A stretch of 64,000 bases of DNA, from positions 42,904,001 through 42,968,000 of the forward strand of contig NC_059426.1 in NCBI RefSeq assembly GCF_021028975.2. Direction: 5' to 3'. The notes beneath the pieces were generated by a model. That model had not been told where the DNA came from. It saw only the letters and a program-made list of their open reading frames with translations, and made no database searches. Shown piece after piece: positions 12,761 to 24,780 of the stretch. This DNA is from Sphaerodactylus townsendi. Taxonomy: Eukaryota. The position numbers were made by a program, and so were the translations under genes. Each line of letters opens with the position of its first letter. Position 1 is the stretch's first letter.

Positions 12761-13095
12761 GAGAGATCCAGCATGGTGTTTGTGATTTAAAGAGCAGGTG
12801 CACTGTAAGTTTCTGGATGACCCGGATTCAATAACAAAATGGAGAGATCCAGCTGCAGTAGTGTAGTGTATAAGAGCAGGTGCACTGCTTGAAGTTTCAC
12901 TGGATGACCCGGATTCAAAATATCACGATAGAGAGATGCAGCATGGTGTAGTGGTTATGAGTAGGTGCACTGTAATTTTCTGGGATGAATCCCAGACCAA
13001 ACTACAGATGGAGAGATCCAGCGCGGGTGTAGGAGTAAAAGTGCACCATAATTATGAGAACCGGATTTTTATTCCCTGCTCTGCCGGAGTTGGGG
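12761..13095 (+). repeat. Tandem array of ~4 tRNA-SINE 5' heads (80-89 bp period)
   Basis: Units begin GAGAGATCCAGC/GAGAGATGCAGC at 12761, 12842, 12931 and 13011. Each resembles the head of the SINE at 10278 (CAGCATGGTGTAGTGG..AAGAGCAGGTGC). A partial unit lies at ~12715-12760. Confidence 0.75.
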
Positions 13096-14396
13096 AGGCT
13101 TAAAGCAATGCTTTCATACTGGGAAATCAGGCCTTAACACTCTCCCTACCAAAAAAGCCAGTCTCCAAGCTATGGCCTGAAGTTTTTCTGGAATTACAGC
13201 TGATCTCTAAACTATAGAGTAAGCAGTAGAGCTGCTTTGGGAGTGGTGGATGCTATGTTCATTAGAACCCAATTGTTCCCTCCCTTTTCCCAATTCAGCT
13301 TTACAGGAATTTTTTCCAACCTGGGAGATGGTAACCTTATCACCACCAACCCTTGGAGGCTGAAGGGAATGTCAGTAACAGGAAAGTCTCTCTTCCCTTT
13401 GAATATATGCAAGAGCAAACTGCTACTATGCCAAGTACACAAGCGCAAGAAGTTGATAAAGGACTGTATTTAGACAGTTTAGCTTTTATAAATGGTGGTG
13501 AGCACAAACATGTAGCCTTTGATGTGGTATTGGGGATTCAAAATTTATTAAAATAGATCATTCTTTTACCGCTGGCTTATCAGAGCTCAGAGAGACTAAT
13601 TGGGGCTGACTCTGGTTGGGCAGATTCCTTTGGCCGATTAAGCCTATTATATATGGTTCAATGTAGACATTTATACTATGCAGAAATTCATCGGAAGTGA
13701 TCATCCTTCTGTATAGGGACAAGTATTATTTATGGGATTGAATTCTGCTGTCATGGATGCGCTTTCCCCGCTAAGAGCACCCAAATTGGTCAGCAGGGTT
13801 GTAGCATCTCTTTAAAGGCCTTTAGGTTCAGCTGTGGTAAAATCCATGGGTATGACCATACACGGGCTTTCGACCATCAGGTGTTCGAACTATGGCACCA
13901 CAAACAATACCATCAGAGCCTCACCTTTGTATGAGGGACGCGTTGTCAGACAATCCAGCCACTTTTAGTAAGGGTTACGCTTTAGCCCAGGGAGTGTGTT
14001 TTTTGTCATGTGAACTAATTGGCATTTCTTAAGGCTGGTTTTTTTCCAGGTATCAACACGGATATTGCCAACAGTTAATTCGGTCACCAGATGGATTGTT
14101 CCTCGCCTCCCCTGGCCCCCAAGGCCAGTCAGAGGCATTTCCGGATCAGTCGTATTGGTGGCTTATTTATTTTATTTATTTTACTTATTTTCGCTTCTGA
14201 TATACTGCCCCATCCCCGGAGTGGCTTTTGATCTTGTCAGCCAGGAGCTCTTCTTGTGATAGTAGTGGGACTCCACCAGGTCTCCCCCCACTTTAGTAAT
14301 TCGATCACTGGATGTGGTGGGTCCAGTCTTCCTCGCCCTGTTCCATCATGCGAGAGGTAGCCTTAAAATAAAATAAAAAAATAAAAAAAAATGAAA

Positions 14397-14398
<2 letters not shown>

Positions 14399-14456
<58 letters not shown>
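14399..14456. repeat. (AAT)n microsatellite
   Basis: About 19 perfect AAT units. Confidence 0.95.
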
Positions 14457-14457
<1 letters not shown>

Positions 14458-16049
14458 GTATGCCACAGGCCATTTATTTCCAGTCGAAGGCGTGATCAGT
14501 GACAACAATCAAGGATCTCAGCCGGCTGGTTCCCAATACCCCGCTCCGAAAGTAAGGACAAGGGGATGAATTTATCCACACGGAGTCAGCATGGTTCAGG
14601 GGTTCAGGTGGCTGGGGCAAAGACCTGGACGTTTGCCACATGGAAAACCCCCACTGGCAGCACCAGGGAAGCTTGGGTTTAAGAGTACCAGGCTCTGCTT
14701 AAGAGTACCCAGGCTGGACATGATGGCTGGCAGGGGCAAACCACATCTAAGCTGGAAGAGAGGTGGACGCGAACCGGGCAGGGTCTTCATATGGCCAGAC
14801 AATGAGGCAGCTGTATTCAGCTCCAGTGGCCAGCTATTTCAGGCAATCTCTTCACCGGGATGGGTCTCCCTGTTTAGATGGTAGATTTCACGTTTTATTT
14901 TAGTTTACATTGCACGCCTTATTCAAATGAGAAAGTGCCAAATTAATCGGGGTTTGAATACAGAATATGATCTCAAGCAGCTCTTCTTCAATTAACAGCA
15001 TGGGCTGCTTAAAGCAGACTTTGGGATAAGTATTGATCCCGCTTATAACTTAAGTTCGGATCTTGGTCCTGGTTCTAGGCTATTACCTAGTGGATGTGGT
15101 TTCTGGAATTTTATCACCGGGCCTTTTTTTTTTCGAAAGTGGGTTCCTCCAGCATAGGGGCTGCTGGGCAGTGGCAGAGGACAGTCGCCCCAGAGCAAAT
15201 TTGTGTGGTCAAATAGGGTATCGCCATTGACAAGGTGAATGGTCAGCCCCACCTCTCTCTATTTTTTTCTTTACCTAGTCTAATCCGAGCCAGCTGTCTG
15301 GAGTGTGGATTCTTATCACACAGCTCAGGCTGGTTTGTTTGCTCCTATCGCATCCAGAGGTGCAGTGGAACCTCGGGGATTCCGATTCATCAAGTTAGCT
15401 GATTCGGTATAAGCATGGTTTATGACGGATGTATAGCTGTCACGGCCAATGTGGTCCAACGCTGGCCAGGGATCCACACAGCTAATGGAATCATCATCCC
15501 GCTTCATTGATTGTCAGGCTAGTTGTTCATGTTTCTCCGGGAGAGCTGCATTCTGCAGCTCCACTGCCCAAAAAAATAGCAGGCGTCATATCATATAAGT
15601 GGGCATTGGGGAATGCTTTCAGCTCCAGTACAGTGGAGAGATCGCAGCACAAAAGTGCACTCCACTTTGATCCACTGGTATCTGGGTTAGCAGGTAAGGC
15701 CCTCAGTTATCAGTCGAGCAGCTTCCAAAACTGGGCCAGGGATGAGGTTCAATTTGTCAACATCTCTGTCAGCCCCTGGGAATCACTGGACCATTCCTAC
15801 CTTCGCCCTCAAGCGGCCATGGTCGGTTGCAAGGCGGCATTCCCTAATACTAGACAGGACCATAGGCAGCCCATTAAAAGGGCCCCCTACTAATGCTGCT
15901 TTGGCCTTCGTTGCGGCTTTTTTTTCCAGTAGTGCAGTGAACTTGTTGCCCCGCTTACCAAAGCATCACCCCTTTATCTTCAAAGTAAGTCGACATGTGC
16001 ATGCGTTGATGGGGGAGTGCAGCCAGCCATGCTGGGCAGAACATCGAGT

Positions 16050-16430
16050 ATATTACCTTCAAAAGCCTTTGGAAACATTTTAAATTCGTTGCTTTATGCC
16101 AAATTTTAATTTGTTGGGCAGAGCAGGAAGAAGATCTGTTATTCAACTTGCCACACTACAGTGTAGCGGGTTGCAGTCCCGCTTCCTGTTTTGCATTTGC
16201 ATTCATCCATGCAGGCAGCATTTGGAGTCAACCTGATGGCTCACACGCAACTGCATTACCAGTGTTCAGATATCAATTCAACAGCTGTTCTTCGGTGTTG
16301 CTTGTGATTTCTGGGTCTCCTTGCTGGAACAGGGGGTTCCCAAACACGCAGACTAGACTCAGGCTACAGAACACTCAGGCTGGAGGTATTGCCAGCAGCC
16401 CTTTGGCTTTCCGTGTGTACATCTGGATTC
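16050..16430 (+). pseudogene. Tyrosine recombinase C-terminal remnant of the Ngaro element
   Basis: ORF 16148-16606 contains FIH...DGSH....FRYQF and SSPLAFRVYI, echoing the DIRS/Ngaro YR motifs FxHxDGsxLTrYQF and WxSxafxxYiR. Heavily disrupted. Confidence 0.5.
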
Positions 16431-16484
16431 ACCTTTGTTGTAACTCTGTTCTCTTTATAGTCTCCGTATGCCAGGTTTCGCTAC

Positions 16485-17030
16485 CGAGTTTGGCTGGTGG
16501 GCCACAGCTGCCAGGTCCCATGGGTTGTCGCTACAGCTATATAGTCCATGAGGTGGTCCTCATCTCTGGTTACTGGATGCCGGCCCTTCAATTTGGCTTC
16601 CCTTGATGGGAGTTGTGCTACAAGTGGGGAGAGAATGGCATTCCTGGTCCTGCAGATCCCTTTTCATGGAGACTGACTTGAGGTTGCTGGGCGCGCTAGA
16701 CGCATGCCAAAACCAAGCTGTTTGGTCGCAGCTTTACTAGAACGGAGGACTTGGAGGGATCCTCTATGGAGCCTGACCTGAGCTGGCTGCATCGTAGCGA
16801 CGCCACAGACCAAGCTGTCGCAGTCGCTTAGCGTTGGAAATACAGAGGAATCTGAGGGATATGGCTGTTCCTACCAGGGAAAACAGCTTCAAGGTTAAGG
16901 CTTGGTCGGTCAAGCAGCCCAGGGTTGTACAGGATATAGGGGGAGGTTATTCCCCATAAAGTGATATATCCTATGCCGGTGCGCGCTGTCTTCGCCCGAC
17001 AGAGTACAATTTATCAGATTGACGCCAGGA
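16485..17030 (+). pseudogene. SGNH/GDSL-hydrolase-like ORF remnant of the Ngaro element
   Basis: RVWLVGHS at 16485-16508, LQVGE at ~16619, AVWSQL at ~16718, and a frameshifted RP-DRVQ (cf. DGVHL) at ~16993. The order matches the extra hydrolase ORF of vertebrate Ngaro elements. Confidence 0.55.
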
Positions 17031-17297
17031 CATCTAAGAAATGATGTCGGTTATGCTCTGATATGCTCTGTTGCATTGGCTTCACGGCATGCACTGAGCT
17101 GCTCTGTTGCAGTGGCTTTAGCGGCATGCACTGAGGGGAAACTGAGCTGCTCTTGTTGCAGTGGACTTCACGGCACGCACTTCGAGCAAAATGACGCCTG
17201 ATGTGCTCTTGTTGCAGTGGCTTCTATGCACGCACTGAGCTGTGTGGACTCTTTGGGCTGCTGAAGTTGGGCGGAGCTGTTGGTTTAACAGCTCGGT

Positions 17298-17738
17298 GGC
17301 GGGTTTGGGCATAAGAGCACATCCTATTTTGGGAAGGCAGTAGTTTGCATGCCGGACTCCTTCCCATGGGGCCTCCATATGAGGTCCGCGGGTGGGTAAT
17401 GGCAGAGCTCTGGAAGAGCAAGCCTGGGGCCGGTATTAAGAGCTCAGCGTCTCGACAGGGAGGGGTGTCCCAAATTGGGCCTGCGCCCATGCGGCGTCTG
17501 AAAACTTCCTGTTCCGGGTTCCTGGGGATGTGCCGGACAGGGTTCTGTCCGAAAGGGCCTATAGGTCAGCTTGGGTTGCCTCGGCAACCAGGTCAGCGGT
17601 TTGCTGCCTGGGGCCAGGATGCTTCTGCCATGCCTCGCCTTCCAGCTTCAAAAGTTTTATTAGTTAGCACACAAATTTGGCGCTGCGGCGGCCGATTTCT
17701 TTCCAACAAGTATGTGTCAGTGTCTTTGATGGAACGAG
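17298..17738 (+). repeat. Ngaro repeat B1
   Basis: Colinear with 18031-18462. Shares GGGCATAAGAGCACATCCTATTTTGGGAAGGCAGTAG and CCAACAAGTATGTGTCAGTGTCTTTGATGGAACGAG exactly. Confidence 0.9.
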
Positions 17739-17756
17739 CTCATTATTGGTCCTCGC

Positions 17757-17959
17757 GATAAATCGGGCGCTTCCAGGCTTCAGCCCTGGGAGGCTTTACT
17801 GCAAGGGGAGTGGAGAGTTCTAGTGGAAGCCTCGCCAAGCCGATTTAGGCTGTTGTCACGGGCCGGGTGTCGCACGCAGGGGCAAATTGGAGCAGCCTAA
17901 GGCAATAAAGGGCTGCGTCGGCGGGGACCGCGCCCCTTCAGGCTGGCTGCTTTCAAAGG
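17757..17959 (+). repeat. Ngaro repeat A2
   Basis: Direct repeat of 11305-11505. Confidence 0.85.
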
Positions 17960-18030
17960 TCTCCTCCCTCCACTCCTTACTCTGAAGGATTATTGGGTTC
18001 TTATTGTGTTGTATTGTCGGTGTTCACCTG

Positions 18031-18472
18031 GGCGGTTTGGGGCATAAGAGCACATCCTATTTTGGGAAGGCAGTAGCCAGCGTCGGACCTTCCTCCCATG
18101 GGGGCCTCCATATGAGGTCCTGTGGGTGTATGCGAGCAGAGCTCTTTGAAGACAAGCCCGTGGGCCGCGGGTCAGAGCTACCGTCTGCAGGGAGGGGTGT
18201 CAAATTGGGTTTGGTGTCTGCATGTGGCATCTAGTAATCTCTTGTTCCGGGTTCCCTCGGGGATGCCGGACAGGGTTCTGTCCATACCTAAGGGGTCAGT
18301 TAAGCTGCCCCATAACCAGGTCAGCGGGTTTGCTGCCTTAAAGCAGACGTGTTTCCCTGTTATGCTCACTTCAGCTTCAAAGTTTTGTTATATGTTAATA
18401 AATTTGGGCTGCGGCCGATTTCTTTTCCAACAAGTATGTGTCAGTGTCTTTGATGGAACGAGTCTCCACACA
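18031..18472 (+). repeat. Ngaro repeat B2 (terminal; AATAAA at ~18396)
   Basis: Direct repeat of 17298-17738. Confidence 0.9.
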
Positions 18473-19012
18473 TCCCCATGCAAATGCAAATCAATATACC
18501 AAACTGTTGCACCTTAGCTACGAGCAAAAACAACAGGAGAAAATATAAAATGCAAAGGGGCTCTATTTCTAATCAGTGCAATTGGGCAGGAAACATCTAA
18601 TGCTCAATCAACATAAATGCAGGAACAAACAATTCTATACACATGTAATACACAAACATACCATGAGGCACAAATACTGGACAAAAAAAACACAAAAATT
18701 GATACAAAGAAGCCAGTCTCTATACATGCAGCAAAAAATTAACATCTATTCTGCAGGCACTCTTATGAGACCGATGTTATAAGTCTAGAAGCTGACAGGA
18801 AACTGGAAACTGCCCATTTTGTGGAATTTGGCCGCTTCATCAGAAGATCTTACTGAGGCTTGTCTGTAGTATAGAAAATGAGTCACATTTGTAAAGGCCA
18901 TTCCAATCTCCTCTGCTTAGACCAGCTCTGTCTCATGCATTTATGATATGTGTAATGTAAAATATTTCTAAGGAGCTACTGATGCTAAAGCGTTAGTAGG
19001 GAGTGACCTATT

Positions 19013-19126
19013 ACTCCAGATGCTAGATTATCAGCCCCTGCCAGCATGGCCAATTGACCATGCTGGCAGGGGCTGATGGGAATTGTAGTCTATAACATCT
19101 GGAGTGCCAAAGGTTTGCCACCACGG
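19013..19126. mobile_element. Palindromic hAT MITE, left end deleted
   Basis: ATCAGCCCCTGCCAGCATGG-CCAATTGA-CCATGCTGGCAGGGGCTGAT core. Right TIR GGTTTGCCACCACGG. Confidence 0.8.
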
Positions 19127-19439
19127 TGCTAAGGTTTAAGCCTAAAGCAAAGATTGGCCCAGCTCTCTAACCTGGCCAGGCCATTTTGAAACCTGGCCTT
19201 GTCTTCTGGGGTGTTAGCTACTCCTCCTAATTTGGTGTCATCTGCAAATTTTATCAGCATTATGGTTGAACCAAGGAGAGAAAAGAATGGGAGAATTCAT
19301 GCCAGATGAAAGAAGGCTGGGATTGAAAAAAGTGGAGCATCCGAACCTCTGGCCTGTTCTCATTTCTTTAACCTTTTTTTGCTGTGGCTTTCAATTTAAT
19401 TTGACAGCTTTGTTTCACTGTAATATATAGAAGCAAACT

Positions 19440-20087
19440 TGTCACCCTAAGTAGGCAGTCTTGGAGGGAATCAGCTGGAGACAAGAAGCAAGAGGGGGCA
19501 ACAGGGATCTATAATCTATGCATACCAGGATAGTCCTGGATTAAAACTCCTAAATCAGCAGGCGGCTATATAATTAAAATAGGTTTTATTAAAGAATAAA
19601 AATAATAAAATAAGAAATATACCTCAAGCAATGAGCATACACAAATGAAGCATACAAGATCTAACTAAGAGAAAAGGGAGGAAGTTGGATAGGGTTTCAG
19701 GGATGAGGGAAAGGACATCCAGGGAAGGCAGCGCAGAAGAGAAAAATTACCAGCATTTCCAGGAGCAAAGAAAAGAGCCCACACCCAAGTGGGGGCACAC
19801 ACATATATCCAGAACACACACACACACAATCACAATGAATGGTCAAAGGGTCAATATTTATACCCCAAGATGGGTCCTGAGGAAATATGAGGTAGGCTGA
19901 CAGGAAAGCCAAAGAACTGATTGCTTGTCCAGGGTTCCAACAAAAAGACAAGAGAGGCTTGATAAGACATCAGGACCCAAGAGAATGCCTGAGCTATTCT
20001 CCCAGATATTATTGATTGCTGGGATGGGTGCAGATAGGATAAGTAATGGTCTGTTCAGAATGCTGATTAAATCACCTTAGGGTGACA
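19440..20087 (-). mobile_element. Probable solo LTR (Gypsy/ERV-like), 648 bp
   Basis: Perfect 12-bp terminal inverted repeat TGTCACCCTAAG...CTTAGGGTGACA (TG..CA). Minus-strand TATA (GGGTATAAATA, ~19855-19865) lies upstream of minus-strand AATAAA (~19585-19590). No matching TSD. Confidence 0.6.
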
Positions 20088-22949
20088 CAATGAAAATTAG
20101 CTAGCCCCATTGCACTGTCAGGCACACGTAGGGCCAGGGGAAAATTTCAGTGGCCAACTGCCTTCCTTCTCAGTTTGGCACACTAGATGAGTCTCCAAAC
20201 CCTCAGAGAGGTATCCAATTTTGTGGAGAGCAGTGTCTTGCTCTTATACCAATCTTTGGCCCCCGTGCTTTCATGGCACCCCTTAGTGGAAGGAGGGGTT
20301 TGAATGCTTAAATTACATGGATTGCTTAACCATGTGGAGTCTCTCCCACCACTGCAACAGGAATAGAGTCTCTCCGCATCTATGATACATACAGCAAGTG
20401 GCACCCCTTGGTGGAAGGAGGGGTCAGACTGCTTGCTGCATTTAACTTATTTAATAAATAAAAGTTTTCCAGCATCAAGTCTTTAAGAACCATCTGTAGC
20501 TATCTTTCTAAGATAGCAATTACTTACAAGGCAACATTAATTCTGATTGAGTGACACAAGATATACAGCCAGGAGACAAAGGAATCCCACTTTTCTTTAT
20601 CTTCTCACTACACAAGTTGTAGAGCTGTTTCTCAGTCCTGAGTGTGGTTATCACAGTATAAGGACAATTTAAATGCCCTATGTATTATGTTTAGGTGAAG
20701 AGCATGGTACTGTTTCACTGTGGTTTAAACAACTTTACTTTGTAGAAAGGGGTTGTAATTTTGCTCTTTCAAGCGTCAAGATATTTACCTGCAACTAAGC
20801 AGGTCAGTGGGCCAGAGATAACAAGAGATAAAGCTAAGCTAACTGAACTCCAGAGATAAGAGTACTCTTGAAACAATCTAACCAGCTGATAACAGGAAAC
20901 AGGAAAATTAGTGTGATGCCAACAAAGTAATGTGAGAGGACGAGTAATGCATCTTCCTTAGTCACTGTTCTCCTAACATGTATTTGAAAACAGAGAGCTA
21001 ATAGAAAAAAGTAGCCAAGCCACCCTGTCTATGGAACTGCAAATTAAAACAATATTTTATTCTCCATAATTTACTGGCAAACTTACACAAGTTGAGTAGC
21101 GCAGGAAATGTGGAAAATAGCACACTATGGAAGGACTTGTTTTCATCACATGATAAATCATAATCTGTGCTTCAACCCTAAGTATTTATTTAACTGATTA
21201 CCCTTAATTCTTATAAAAGTTTGGAGCTTTGCCTCCTCTAATAAATTGTTATAACTGGAAAGAACATTGCCATGAAAGACTTTATTGCTAATAGGTACCG
21301 TATGCAATATGATCAGAGATACATACGTTATTCCTAGAGCAAAAGCACCATGTGAGCATCCCCATATTGCTTATGTTCCTGCTGAGCACACTGTTCATAT
21401 GAGTCTGCTTTAGTTGTAACACCAAAAATAATAGCTCAGGTTGTTACATCAAAAATGGGACTCCTTTGCCTCTCTAACCACAGCAAAAAAGTGCCACATT
21501 GCACTAGTAGCTGAACACCTGAACTGTTGCCAAATTTCCTCATATGGTACTAATCTATATACTTAATTCTGATCCTAGCCAAAACTGAAAATGGTTAAAT
21601 CCAGAGACTGGAGCCATGATGTCATGGAGCATCCCCTGGACAGTGATGAATCCTTAGGGGGTGAGTAGAGCCCAGTAAGCCCAGACCAGGTTGGGAACCC
21701 ACAAGGGTCCCTGCAGGATCTACATGGCAAACAGCAGACAGATCAGAACTCAAAGTGCCTGCAGAAGCAGGCCATGCACCTGTAGGACAAATAAAGGCTG
21801 TCCAAACAGTTGGTCTCGTGAAGTAGCTTTTTATTGCAATAAGAAGCAGAGACACCAAGGCAATGCCCAACATTTCTGTCTCGAGAGAGAAAGAACAAAG
21901 ACACTCCTTCTTACACATTTTCCTACAACCTAGAAGTTCGAGGCTCATTCTGATTGGCTGGTCAATATGAGGCAACATATCTAATAAGACAGATAATGGG
22001 TCGAAATAGACAAAGAACACAGACCCTATTCAAAGATAGGACTTATCTATTCTGGCTTGATAAACACCAGATGTCTGTTGTGTATATTCTGTAACAGCAG
22101 CATTTTTCAACTGCCAACCCTAGCCTTTGTGACCCTGGCTTTTCTGCCTTACAATCTAAAACAGACATTGTTATTTCTTTGTCCAATTTGTCTCACACAC
22201 CCTGCCCTGCTGCAGCTGAAGAGACTCATGCACCTAACTCACCCTGAGCCCACACATCAAGAGAGGCAGTGGCACAGGGAGATTTTGCAAGTTAAATGGG
22301 ATGTGGTCGTCTGCTAGCTCAAAGAAAGCACCTTCTGCAGCTGGGGGAAGCAGAGTCTTCACAGGGTGAAAATTAATGTGCTGGAAGACCCTATATTAAA
22401 TCCAGAGACTGCAGAGCTTACTGCCCTGGATGCAAAGCAGCATGTGACTGCTGCAACACTTCCTCTGACCCATTGACTCTGTGTATTCTGACCCTTAGAC
22501 CAGACAGTGAAACTGCTTGTTGGACTTTCTGACTAGACTGAGCTCACTGCTGTAACCTGATACCTCTGGCTGGCAGCCTAACTCAGGACACATGAACAGA
22601 CAAAGCAGAGCTTTCTACAAGCCTGAAAAACACTCTGGGGGTGCAAAAAAAAATCTGAAATATAGATTAAAAATATATGGGGGCTAAAAACTCCAAAGAA
22701 TAAAAGGAGTGCCTGTAGTTTTAAAAAACAGATGCCCGCAGTTACCATTGCTAGGCAACTATAGCAGTTCTAGATTTCAGACTTGGTTTCTGTCAGTAAA
22801 AGGCAGGGGAAGGGCCCTTTCCCAGACTGTTTTGCCCTTCAAAAAAGGACTTATTGGGACCAGCAGCAATCACTGGTCAACCAGCTACCACTCCACTTAC
22901 ATAGCTCACCAAGACCCATTTGCTACTGTTCAACTGGAGCCATCCCAAG

Positions 22950-23100
22950 AAAGCCAGTGTGCTATAGTGGTTAGTTTCAGATTAGGATCTGGGAAAATCA
23001 ATTTCAAATCCCCAATCCATTGTGGAGGCTCTCTGCGTGACCTTGGATTAGTTACGCATTCTCAGCCAAACTTACCTCACAAGGTTATTGTGAGGATATA
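22950..23100 (+). mobile_element. MIR-like tRNA SINE, diverged
   Basis: AGCCAGTGTGCTATAGTGGTTAG...TTCAAATCCC...GTGACCTTGG...CCTCACAAGGTTATTGTGAGGAT. Confidence 0.6.
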
Positions 23101-24535
23101 ATGGAATTTATATTATCCAGCTCCCTAATGTAACTTGATACCTCTGCCTGAAGGATGGGGGTAGGATTTAGTGGCATTTCTGGTTTATGTTAGAATTAAG
23201 GAAGATGATCTTCGCCATGACTGTGAGCTCCAAAGCTGAAGATCCCAGATAAAGGAACTGGAAGCCCGCATTCCTTGGCTCCTGCCTGAGAGAAAGATAC
23301 CATGAAGACACAGTAAGCTGAGTCATCCCAAGAAGCCTATGGAGTCAAGATAAGGAAAAACTGTTTAAGCTGAAGGGCAAAAGTGGCCGAAACAAGACCC
23401 AACCATGCTCTGCCAGGATTTCATTAACTCACAAGCAAACTTGAAGATTTGATATCCAGTGACCAGGTCCCTCTCCCAACACCCACAAGGAGGAGATAGG
23501 TAAGGAATTATGTGATAAGTCAGGGGCTGTAAAGGGCAAAGGATCAGGAAGATTGGGCAGAATCCTTTTCTGTCAACAGGCCAGGATGTCAAAAAAAACC
23601 CCACACATCTGGATGTAGTAAGCTGCCAACTTCCAGGTGCAGCCTAGAAATCTCCCAGAATTACAACTTATCTCCCTGGAGATAGTTTCAGGGGGCTAAT
23701 GGTCTGCAGTAGAACAATTACATTTGTAAATCTAATTGTTTGGGGGAGCCCTTCGGGGGAGGGAGGTTTATAAATTTGATAAATAAATAAATTTGAATGG
23801 AAAATTATTCATTTAAATATTTAAATATTGTTAGCAAAAGATGGCAAAATACCAGGTACAAGCCAGGACCACATACAGACGCTGGGGGATTGTTCATGCT
23901 CCATATCCTACATTTAATTCAATTAACATTACTGCTTTGCAGCTCAACAGCTAGGACAACTATAGATAATCAAGCTATATTTACATATGTTGGGGAGAAA
24001 ATTTCCCACAGAAAAATGCAGCATTGGAAAAAAGAAATCATTTTAGAGAATATTTGGCTTCACAACACTGGTGGTTAGTATTTCTATTATACCATATTTC
24101 CTTTTACATATTAGTTCACATTTCTGATTGAATTTCCTAAATCACTCAAATGATTAAATGTGGACAATTTTGTATGAGTCTGACTTTATTGTAAAGACAG
24201 TGCCACAAGTTTAGTTACAGTAAGCAAATTATCCTTGTTTCCTGAGCTTTACACATGATTCACTTTATAACTTTTATACCACTTATTTATTGGCCTGGGG
24301 ATATTTGGGACCAGAGAAAAGGTGCTTAAATTCATAAAATGACGCATAGTTTTTAATTTGCTGACAACAAAATTAAGCTCTATTATCTGTTACCACTGCC
24401 TGAGGTAAACTGTCTCCTGCAAGAACAGTCTTAATATGAAAAAATGTACTTTTTCTCATAAATACTATGCAATTCTTATGTCCAGAATGCTGTAAGTCAT
24501 TCAGAACTAATAAATAAAAACATCTAGAATATTTA

Positions 24536-24780
24536 CCCTGTTTCCCCAAAAATAAGACATCCCCTGAAAATAAGACGTAGTAGAGGTTTTGCTGAAGTGC
24601 TAAATATAAAGCATCCCCCGAAAGTAAGACGTAGCAAAGCTTTTGTTTGGAAGCATGCCCGTCAACCAAAGCATGCAGCTGTGGAGCAGAAAAATAAGAC
24701 ATCCCCTGAAAATAAGACATAGCGCATCTTTGGGAGCAAAAAATAATATAAGACACTGTCTTCTTTTCGGGGAAACAGGG
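24536..24780. mobile_element. Tc1/mariner (pogo/Tigger-like) MITE, second copy
   Basis: TA flanks. TIRs CCCTGTTTCCCCAAAAATAAGAC / GTCTTCTTTTCGGGGAAACAGGG. Homologous to 4514-4785. Confidence 0.85.

Larger units (their letters stand above)
11305..18472 (+). mobile_element. Ngaro-type (DIRS order) tyrosine-recombinase retrotransposon with a disrupted internal region
   Basis: Split direct repeats in A1-[ORFs]-B1-A2-B2 order: A1 11305-11505 / A2 17757-17959, and B1 17298-17738 / B2 18031-18462. YR and SGNH motif remnants are present. No TSD seen. Confidence 0.85.

Noticed and set aside
12715-13095. tRNA gene cluster or repeat-spacer array
   Set aside because: Units match the head of the SINE at 10278 rather than a full cloverleaf. 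Linkers are ~10 nt and the sequence appears noisy.
21620-23600. Possible additional decayed LTR fragments
   Set aside because: LTR-like composition, but I could not define paired termini or TSDs.
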